5,399 nt of DNA from a virus (taxonomy: Duplodnaviria > Heunggongvirae > Uroviricota > Caudoviricetes): IMG/VR virus record IMGVR_UViG_2526164693_000018, one strand, 5' to 3'. The notes under the pieces were generated by a model. The model was not told the origin of the DNA. It saw nothing but the letters and a program-made list of their open reading frames with translations, and ran no database searches. Positions 1 to 5,399 of this stretch are shown here, piece after piece (the first letter of the stretch is position 1; each line of letters begins with the position of its first letter). Position numbers and translations under genes: made by a program.

Positions 1-349
1 TACACCATTCTGAGATGTTTTTATTTGGTCCAAACATGCCGCCTTGCTGCTTGATAATATTCATTCTGACGAGTTCTAACTTGGCTTCATTGCACCGTTT
101 GACAGGTAACTTTGTAATCTCGCTAAGTTGAGAATCGGTGATTCTGTCCATTGGTTTATTCCACCCATAGGTTTTACGCAGAATGGCAAGCAGCACTTTA
201 AACTGTCGCTTGGTCAGATCTGCGCCCGAATAAGCCTCAAGCAGCATATTTGATAGTCTGGCGTAACCATCATCGAGATCTGCCACATTACGCTCCTGTC
301 CGGCAAAGTTACCTCTGCCGAAGTTGAGTATTTTTGCTGTATTTGTCAT
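1..349 (-). CDS. O: Replication initiation protein O, N-terminal ~116 codons; gene runs off the left edge of the window
   Basis: Minus-strand translation from the ATG at 349 (complement of cat 347-349) gives MTNTAKILNFGRGNFAGQERNVADLDDGYARLSNMLLEAYSGADLTKRQFKVLLAILRKTYGWNKPMDRITDSQLSEITKLPVKRCNEAKLELVRMNIIKQQGGMFGPNKNISEW, which matches the lambda O N-terminus as I recall it. No stop inside the window, so it is absent from the ORF track. It lies directly downstream of cII as in lambda. Confidence 0.9.
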   Translation of the reverse strand, partial: MTNTAKILNFGRGNFAGQERNVADLDDGYARLSNMLLEAYSGADLTKRQFKVLLAILRKTYGWNKPMDRITDSQLSEITKLPVKRCNEAKLELVRMNIIKQQGGMFGPNKNISEWC

Positions 350-352
350 AAT
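324..352 (+). promoter_or_regulatory. Candidate pO promoter for oop RNA (-35 ttgagt 324-329, 17-nt spacer, -10 cataat 347-352)
   Basis: Sigma70-like hexamers with 17-bp spacing, placed to start transcription near 360 where the oop-like RNA begins. Location inside the O 5' end matches the known lambda arrangement. Confidence 0.5.
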
Positions 353-359
353 GACTCCT

Positions 360-436
360 GTTGATAGATCCAGTAATGACCTCAGAACTCCATCTGGATT
401 TGTTCAGAACGCTCGGTTGCCGCCGGGCGTTTTTTA
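360..436 (+). ncRNA. oop: oop antisense RNA (77 nt), complementary to the 3' end of cII
   Basis: Begins gttgatagatcc and ends in an intrinsic terminator: stem cgctcgg (410-416) / ccgggcg (423-429) with one G-U pair, loop ttgccg, then a T6 run at 430-435. The 77-nt length and the antisense overlap with the cII 3' end match lambda oop. Confidence 0.8.
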
Positions 437-675
437 TTGGTGAGAATCGCAGCAACTTGTCGCGCCAATCGAGCCATGTCGTCGTCAACGACCCCCCATT
501 CAAGAACAGCAAGCAGCATTGAGAACTTTGGAATCCAGTCTCTCTTCCACCTGCTGATCTGCGACTTATCAACTCCCACAGCTTCCGCTGTCTTCTCAGT
601 TCCAAGCATTGCGATTTTGTTAAGCAACGCACTCTCGATTCGTAGAGCCTCGTTGCGTTTGTTTGCACGAACCAT
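382..675 (-). CDS. cII: Transcriptional activator CII (97 aa)
   Basis: The internal Met of the 382..735 minus ORF gives MVRANKRNEALRIESALLNKIAMLGTEKTAEAVGVDKSQISRWKRDWIPKFSMLLAVLEWGVVDDDMARLARQVAAILTNKKRPAATERSEQIQMEF, which appears identical to lambda CII from memory. The start is the ATG at 675 (complement of cat 673-675). The upstream 20 codons of the track ORF are read-in from the intergenic region. Confidence 0.96.
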   Translation of the reverse strand: MVRANKRNEALRIESALLNKIAMLGTEKTAEAVGVDKSQISRWKRDWIPKFSMLLAVLEWGVVDDDMARLARQVAAILTNKKRPAATERSEQIQMEF

Positions 676-690
676 ATGTAAGTATTTCCT
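653..690 (+). promoter_or_regulatory. pRE region: CII-binding direct repeats TTGC-N6-TTGC (653-656 and 663-666) with downstream -10 region
   Basis: The sequence ttgcgtttgtttgc is the classic CII tetramer recognition motif flanking the -35 of pRE. It is oriented toward cro and cI on the plus strand and overlaps the cII start, as in lambda. Confidence 0.7.
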
Positions 691-754
691 TAGATAACAA
701 TTGATTGAATGTATGCAAATAAATGCATACACCATAGGTGTGGTTTAATTGGAT

Positions 755-786
755 GCCCTTTTTCAGGGCTGGAATGTGTAAGAGCG
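755..786 (-). promoter_or_regulatory. nutR: boxA (complement of gtaagagcg 778-786 = CGCTCTTAC) and boxB (complement of 755-769 = GCCCTGAAAAAGGGC)
   Basis: The reverse complement reads cgctcttacacattccagccctgaaaaagggc, the lambda nutR boxA-spacer-boxB arrangement. It sits between cro and cII; the rho-dependent tR1 region would lie in 676-754. Confidence 0.85.
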
Positions 787-793
787 GGGTTAT

Positions 794-1003
<210 letters not shown>

Positions 1004-1018
1004 TTAGTACATGCAACC

Positions 1019-1089
1019 ATTATCACCGCCAGAGGTAAAGTAGTCAACACGCGCGGTGTTAGATATTTATCCCTTGCGGTGATAGATTT
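1019..1089. promoter_or_regulatory. Right operator OR1 (1021-1037), OR2 (1045-1061), OR3 (1068-1084), with divergent PR (minus strand) and PRM (plus strand)
   Basis: Three 17-bp lambda-type operators: tatcaccgccagaggta, caacacgcgcggtgtta, tatcccttgcggtgata. PR on the minus strand has -35 TTGACT (complement of 1043-1048) and -10 GATAAT (complement of 1019-1024). PRM on the plus strand has -35 tagata (1060-1065) and -10 tagatt (1083-1088). The cI ATG at 1095 lies about 6 nt after the -10, consistent with leaderless cI mRNA. Confidence 0.9.
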
Positions 1090-1091
1090 AA

Positions 1092-1808
<717 letters not shown>

Positions 1809-2182
1809 AGAGGATAGATGGAGTTTAATGGCCATGAGTATCAAGCGGTCAAAAAGAAGTTCATCTATTCATTGAAAGCATAAGGCCATCTGAGTATATC
1901 CGTAATGATCTGGATATTGTCTATAACATCAATGACCGGACGATAGATATCGGTGAGCAGCGTCCTGTATGGCAGGGTGAGGCAGGTGAAAAAACGTCCT
2001 GCCATCAACAAGAATCAAGTGCATCCGCTCTCTGGACAGATGGAAAATTTATTGGATGCAAAAAGATATGAAATAACACCTGTATAGCACGGAGCTTTCT
2101 CTGACCGATGCACTTGAAGTTGTTAGGGCTGACCCAGCCTGCTGTTTCTTTAGGTAAGAGAAAAGAGATTTAGGAGATGAAA

Positions 2183-2209
2183 GGTCGCAGAGGTGCGGCC
2201 TTTTTTATT
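2183..2209 (+). terminator. Intrinsic terminator-like hairpin: stem ggtcgca / tgcggcc (one G-U pair), loop gagg, followed by T6
   Basis: 7-bp stem at 2183-2189 and 2194-2200, then tttttt at 2201-2206. Plus-strand orientation, about 375 nt downstream of the cI stop. Confidence 0.6.
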
Positions 2210-2248
2210 GAGAGTGGATCTTGAACGGAAATTCTCAAGACTTGAGTC

Positions 2249-2277
2249 TTGCATGCAAATCAATTCCTGGATAAACT
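2249..2277 (+). promoter_or_regulatory. Candidate sigma70 promoter for the 173-aa ORF (-35 ttgcat 2249-2254, 17-nt spacer, -10 taaact 2272-2277)
   Basis: Hexamers with canonical spacing about 33 nt upstream of the ORF start, overlapped and preceded by dyad-symmetric motifs (ctcaagacttgag 2234-2246, ttgcatgcaa 2249-2258). Confidence 0.35.
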
Positions 2278-2309
2278 CGATCTGAGTCAATAACTTAGAG
2301 AGAGAGCAA

Positions 2310-2831
2310 ATGGCAAAGTCAAACGTTAGCGTGCAGGCATTCAAGGACTTCCTTGAAGAGCTTATGTCGCTGAACATAATGAAGGAGGCCACCGCTCGAA
2401 ATTTAAAAAACTCATCCGCTCGCCTCTTAACGGTAGTCCAAGAAGAGGAAATGGGTGATGTTACTCAGCTTGATGTGAATGAGCTTGCCGAGCGATACAT
2501 CAACGCAACTGAGCCGAAGCCTAGCGACAGCAGCATTACTGCATATAAAAGCCGCATGGAAAGTGCAATCAAAAAGTTTGTAGCTTTCCAGTCTGGTGAA
2601 GAAATCCCATACACTCCGATTGACAAAGAATCCAGTGAGGAAAAAGATTTGACTGGCGAACCAACAAAAGTCGAAGGCAAGGCTAATGCACTTCATACCT
2701 ATGATCTTCCAGTAGTTCTTCGACCTGAATCAGGGGTTACAGTAACGATTAAAGGCATTCCTAACGATATCACAAACGAAGAAGCCGAACGCATCTCTTC
2801 AATTCTGAAGGTTTACGTTCGGCCTCAATAA
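2310..2831 (+). CDS. Hypothetical protein (173 aa), acidic, no recognised domain; occupies the position of rexA/rexB
   Basis: Longest ORF in the non-lambda segment. Purine-rich stretch gagagagag at 2297-2305 precedes the ATG at 2310. Hydrophilic, net acidic by my count (about 29 D/E against 21 K/R), no obvious transmembrane segment. A promoter-like element lies upstream and a terminator downstream. Confidence 0.6.
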   Translation: MAKSNVSVQAFKDFLEELMSLNIMKEATARNLKNSSARLLTVVQEEEMGDVTQLDVNELAERYINATEPKPSDSSITAYKSRMESAIKKFVAFQSGEEIPYTPIDKESSEEKDLTGEPTKVEGKANALHTYDLPVVLRPESGVTVTIKGIPNDITNEEAERISSILKVYVRPQ

Positions 2832-3004
2832 TGCAAAAGCATTCAGCACAATGTCCAACTCCCCAGTCCGACATTGATGCTGTTTAACCAGAGCCTCCAA
2901 AAGGAGCCCTTGTTAAGGTACACAATATTTGCGATGTAACCTTAGCGCGTCTGGTACATTTTTTCAAGCGGTTGTAGGGCTGCCGCCAATATGAGAAAAC
3001 ACAG

Positions 3005-3127
3005 ATGTCTACATACAATTTGAATGACCAATTCGATCGAGAAGTTCATGTGAATGCCTATGAACGGATAAGGCATGGAAATCTTGAACATGTGTGTGAG
3101 CATTATCGCTCAAGGCCACACCGCTAA
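3005..3127 (+). CDS. Candidate small ORF (40 aa, MSTYNLNDQFDREVHVNAYERIRHGNLEHVCEHYRSRPHR), speculative
   Basis: ATG at 3005, stop taa at 3125-3127, ending 6 nt before a strong intrinsic terminator. Only a weak Shine-Dalgarno (gaga at 2993-2996). Below the length cutoff of the ORF track. The region could instead be a 3'UTR or sRNA. Confidence 0.25.
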   Translation: MSTYNLNDQFDREVHVNAYERIRHGNLEHVCEHYRSRPHR

Positions 3128-3132
3128 TCATC

Positions 3133-3161
3133 AACCCGGCCTCCATGCCGGGTTTTCTTTT
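3133..3161 (+). terminator. Strong intrinsic terminator: stem aacccggc / gccgggtt, loop ctccat, followed by ttctttt
   Basis: 8-bp GC-rich perfect stem (3133-3140 and 3147-3154) with a T-rich tail on the plus strand. The reverse-strand tail is less U-rich, so it is mainly unidirectional. Confidence 0.75.
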
Positions 3162-3341
3162 CCTCTCGCCCAAAAAAACACATAACCAATTGTATTTATT
3201 GGAAAATAAATAGATACAACTCACTAAACAACGCAATTCTGATCTCTCCTTACATCGCCGAGGCAATACACCCACGCTAAAAAACAATACTATTAAATAC
3301 AAAGCGTTGTAAAAAAACGCCCCGTTTTAGAACAAATTGTA

Positions 3342-3370
3342 TTGACCAAGTGAAGTACATATCGTACTAT
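3342..3370 (+). promoter_or_regulatory. Candidate pL-equivalent promoter (-35 ttgacc 3342-3347, 17-nt spacer, -10 tactat 3365-3370)
   Basis: Good -35 and moderate -10 with 17-bp spacing, about 45 nt upstream of a boxA-like element and 190 nt upstream of the N-like gene. A 5-bp-arm dyad agtac-N5-gtact (3354-3368) overlaps the spacer and -10. No lambda-type 17-bp OL operators are visible. Confidence 0.4.
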
Positions 3371-3415
3371 TTAACCATCAGCAGGACGCTGGAAGCCAAA
3401 TGGAACAGACTGGCA

Positions 3416-3461
3416 GGCTCTTTAAACAACGTCGACTCTCGACTACGTGGCTGAAAAGCCA
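3416..3461 (+). promoter_or_regulatory. Candidate nutL: boxA-like ggctctttaaacaa (3416-3429) and boxB-like hairpin tggct-gaaa-agcca (3448-3461)
   Basis: gctctttaa matches the boxA consensus (CGCTCTTTA; closer to the rrn-type TGCTCTTTAACAA). Downstream there is a 5-bp stem with a GAAA loop resembling a boxB hairpin. A second short hairpin gtcga-ctc-tcgac (3431-3443) lies between them. Located in the leader of the N-like gene. Confidence 0.5.
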
Positions 3462-3559
3462 GATCACCCAACCACATAAGCTGTGGGATGCAATGCCGAA
3501 GCAACCGTCTCAGGAGGAGCTTCGAGATTGCATCGCCAAAGTTTATTCGGGAGGAATCT

Positions 3560-3832
3560 ATGTCCAGAAAAACAGAATTTAAAGGCACCGCAGCTTCTCG
3601 CCGTAGAGCTCGTCGCGCAAACCTGCAAAGTCAGGAGGCGATTAGCTCCGACAAACTACACAGGCCAACCCCATCACGAGTGGTCTTACAATGCAAACGC
3701 AAACCAGCAATGAGAGCAGAAGTAATAACACTGACAACGTTGACCAGAAAATATGAAGGCTCAACTTGTCTTCCAAATGTAGCTCTTTACGCGGCAGGCT
3801 ACCGTAAATCCAAACAACTGACAGCAAGATGA
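3560..3832 (+). CDS. N: N-family transcription antiterminator (90 aa), P22 gp24 / phi21 N-like rather than lambda N
   Basis: Start chosen at the internal ATG 3560, preceded by gggagg at 3549-3554 (5-nt spacer). N-terminal arginine-rich motif GTAASRRRARRANLQ, typical of N-protein ARMs. The C-terminus LPNVALYAAGYRKSKQLTAR resembles the P22 gene 24 product as I recall it. Lies downstream of the candidate pL and nutL. Confidence 0.75.
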   Translation: MSRKTEFKGTAASRRRARRANLQSQEAISSDKLHRPTPSRVVLQCKRKPAMRAEVITLTTLTRKYEGSTCLPNVALYAAGYRKSKQLTAR

Positions 3833-3890
3833 CTTGTGTTGGTCGCCAGAAAATGAAATTAGGCAGCAAACCACTTATTTGAGGTGATAT

Positions 3891-4142
3891 ATGGAATTTC
3901 ATGAAAGTGCGATTTGTGATTTTCGCGCTAACGCAAATTCAGTAAAACCACAGCCAATTGCAGTTCTTTTTAAAACAATGGGTGCGTGGGCTGTTTTATG
4001 CTTCGCCGCTGACGACACTGACGCAAGAATGGCAATAGGACAAGAGATGGAGATGGACCCGACAAACGATGAATTCATAATTTATGGCGCTCCATCTAAT
4101 TACTTACTTGATACCTGCAACATTTACAACAAGGCTGCCTGA
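3891..4142 (+). CDS. Hypothetical protein (83 aa) in the position occupied by ral in lambda
   Basis: ORF with Shine-Dalgarno gaggtg at 3879-3884, 6 nt before the ATG at 3891. No similarity to lambda Ral that I can recognise except the C-terminal NKAA. Confidence 0.6.
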   Translation: MEFHESAICDFRANANSVKPQPIAVLFKTMGAWAVLCFAADDTDARMAIGQEMEMDPTNDEFIIYGAPSNYLLDTCNIYNKAA

Positions 4143-4278
4143 TGGTGGCCTTTATTTTTGGCATAAACAACAGAATAAACACAGCACTGTGTATTCATTC
4201 CAACGAGTGAATACACGGAGCAATGTCGCTCGTAACTAAACAGGAGCCGACTTGTTCTGATTATTGGAAATCTTCTTT

Positions 4279-4304
4279 GCCCTCCAATGTGAGGGCGATT
4301 TTTT
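4279..4304 (+). terminator. Intrinsic terminator-like hairpin: stem gccctc / gagggc, loop caatgt, followed by ga + T6
   Basis: 6-bp GC-rich stem (4279-4284 and 4291-4296) with tttttt at 4299-4304, located about 20 nt upstream of the 122-aa ORF ribosome-binding site. Analogous in position to tL1 downstream of N. Confidence 0.6.
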
Positions 4305-4324
4305 ATCTGTGAGGATATGAACAG

Positions 4325-4693
4325 ATGTCAAACATCAAAAAATACATCATTGATTACGACTGGAAAGCATCAATAGAAATTGAAATCGACCATGACGTAA
4401 TGACAGAGGAAAAACTTCACCAGATTAATAATTTCTGGTCAGACTCTGAATACCGACTCAATAAACACGGCTCTGTATTAAATGCTGTATTAATCATGCT
4501 GGCGCAACATGCTCTGCTTATAGCAATTTCAAGCGACTTAAATGCATATGGTGTTGTGTGTGAGTTCGACTGGAATGATGGAAATGGTCAGGAAGGATGG
4601 CCTCCAATGGATGGTAGCGAAGGAATAAGAATTACCGATATCGATACATCAGGAATATTTGATTCAGATGATATGACTATCAAAGCCGCCTGA
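4325..4693 (+). CDS. Hypothetical protein (122 aa) with acidic C-terminal region
   Basis: ORF with Shine-Dalgarno gagga at 4311-4315, 9 nt before the ATG at 4325. Asp/Glu-rich C-terminal half (DWNDGNGQEGWPPMDGSEGIRITDIDTSGIFDSDDMT). Not a lambda gene I recognise. Confidence 0.6.
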   Translation: MSNIKKYIIDYDWKASIEIEIDHDVMTEEKLHQINNFWSDSEYRLNKHGSVLNAVLIMLAQHALLIAISSDLNAYGVVCEFDWNDGNGQEGWPPMDGSEGIRITDIDTSGIFDSDDMTIKAA

Positions 4694-4765
4694 GCGCGGC
4701 GTTACCGCATACCAATAACGCTTCACTCGAGGCGTTTTTCGTTATGTATAAATAAGGAGCACACC

Positions 4766-4930
4766 ATGCAATATGCCATTGCAGGGTGGCCTGTTGCTGG
4801 CTGCCCTTCCGAATCTTTACTTGAACGAATCACCCGTAAATTACGTGACGGATGGAAACGCCTTATCGACATACTTAATCAGCCAGGAGTCCCAAAAAAT
4901 GGATCAAACACTTATGGCTATCCAGACTAA
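4766..4930 (+). CDS. cIII: CIII protein (54 aa), FtsH protease inhibitor that stabilises CII
   Basis: Translation [54 protein letters not shown] matches lambda CIII. Shine-Dalgarno aggag at 4755-4759. It is in a different frame from the 4773..5042 track ORF. Confidence 0.92.
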   Translation: MQYAIAGWPVAGCPSESLLERITRKLRDGWKRLIDILNQPGVPKNGSNTYGYPD

Positions 4931-5042
4931 ATTCACTATCGCCACTTTTATTGGCGATGAAAAGATGTTTCGTGAGGCCGTCGACGCTTATAAAAAATGG
5001 ATATTAATACTGAAACTGAGATCAAGCAAAAGCATTCACTAA
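4899..5042 (+). CDS. kil: Kil protein (47 aa), host cell-division inhibitor
   Basis: The internal Met of the 4773..5042 track ORF gives [47 protein letters not shown], matching lambda Kil. Shine-Dalgarno aggag at 4886-4890. Overlaps the cIII 3' end by 32 nt in another frame, as in lambda. Confidence 0.85.
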   Translation: MDQTLMAIQTKFTIATFIGDEKMFREAVDAYKKWILILKLRSSKSIH

Positions 5043-5116
5043 CCCCCTTTCCTGTTTTCCTAATCAGCCTGGCATTTCGCGGGCGATATTTTCACAGCTA
5101 TTTCAGGAGTTCAGCC

Positions 5117-5399
5117 ATGAACGCTTATTACATTCAGGATTGTCTTGAGGCTCAGAGCTGGGCGCGTTACTACCAGCAGATCGCCCGTGAAGAGAAAGAG
5201 GCAGAACTGGCAGACGACATGGGAAAAGGTCTGCCCCAGCACCTGTTTGAATCACTCTGCATCGATCATTTGCAACGCCACGGGGCCAGCAAAAAAGCCA
5301 TTACCCGTGCGTTTGATGACGATGTTGAGTTTCAGGAGCGCATGGCAGAACACATCCGGTACATGGTTGAAACCATTGCTCACCACCAGGTTGATATTG
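5117..5399 (+). CDS. ea10: Ea10-like early protein, N-terminal 94 codons; runs off the right edge of the window
   Basis: Translation [94 protein letters not shown] closely resembles lambda Ea10 from memory. Shine-Dalgarno aggag at 5105-5109. No stop in the window. Confidence 0.75.
   Translation, partial: MNAYYIQDCLEAQSWARYYQQIAREEKEAELADDMGKGLPQHLFESLCIDHLQRHGASKKAITRAFDDDVEFQERMAEHIRYMVETIAHHQVDI

Noticed and set aside
309-697. Track ORFs 309..668 (minus, 119 aa) and 437..697 (plus, 86 aa)
   Set aside because: Both are out-of-frame or antisense overlaps of the confidently identified cII and O genes, with no start signals. Treated as spurious.
382-735. Full 117-aa minus-strand track ORF as the cII product
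   Set aside because: The first 20 codons lie in the nutR/tR1 intergenic region. The lambda CII sequence begins at the internal Met (ATG at 675), so the CDS was trimmed to 382-675.
2150-2696. Minus-strand ORFs 2150..2392, 2427..2696 and 2465..2680
   Set aside because: Antisense to the 173-aa ORF and its promoter. No ribosome-binding sites and composition looks like noise.
3009-3302. Minus-strand 97-aa ORF
   Set aside because: Reads straight through the strong plus-strand terminator hairpin and the A/T-rich intergenic region. Cys/Leu/Phe-rich composition typical of a spurious antisense ORF.
3311-3330. Hairpin aaaacg-ccc-cgtttt as a terminator
   Set aside because: The stem is mostly A-U pairs with only two G-C pairs and sits upstream of the candidate pL. 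Too weak to call.
3367-3902. Track ORFs 3367..3588 (minus), 3400..3582 (plus), 3483..3713 (plus), 3642..3902 (minus), and the long form 3488..3832
   Set aside because: They overlap the nutL leader or run antisense or out of frame to the N-like gene. The N-like CDS was trimmed to the Met at 3560, which has a strong gggagg ribosome-binding site.
4720-4745. Hairpin aacgc-N10-gcgtt with T-tail upstream of cIII as a terminator
   Set aside because: 5-bp stem with a 10-nt loop is weak. It may correspond to a lambda tL2-region element but cannot be supported from sequence alone.
4773-5042. 89-aa track ORF as a single protein
   Set aside because: Its N-terminal 42 codons are an out-of-frame overlap of cIII. 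Only the C-terminal 47 aa from the ATG at 4899 correspond to Kil.

Overview
The window is an inverted-orientation immunity region of a lambdoid (lambda-like) phage or prophage. On the minus strand it carries the start of replication gene O (truncated at the window edge), cII and cro. On the plus strand it carries a near-lambda cI repressor, an N-family antiterminator, cIII, kil and the start of ea10. OR1-3, PR/PRM, pRE, nutR and the oop antisense RNA are all recognisable from the sequence. Lambda's rexA and rexB are absent: resemblance to lambda stops at the cI stop codon and resumes only around 4694, upstream of cIII. The intervening ~2.9 kb is a mosaic segment. It holds a 173-aa acidic ORF of unknown function with its own promoter-like element and flanking intrinsic terminators, a 40-aa small ORF ending 6 nt before a strong terminator, a candidate pL that lacks lambda-type OL operators, a non-lambda N-like gene with a candidate nutL, and two further unknown ORFs (83 aa, 122 aa). 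The 173-aa module in the rex position is the best candidate for an undescribed lysogen-expressed accessory or exclusion system, but its function cannot be assigned from sequence alone. All homology statements come from recall of lambda and P22 sequences, not from a database search.
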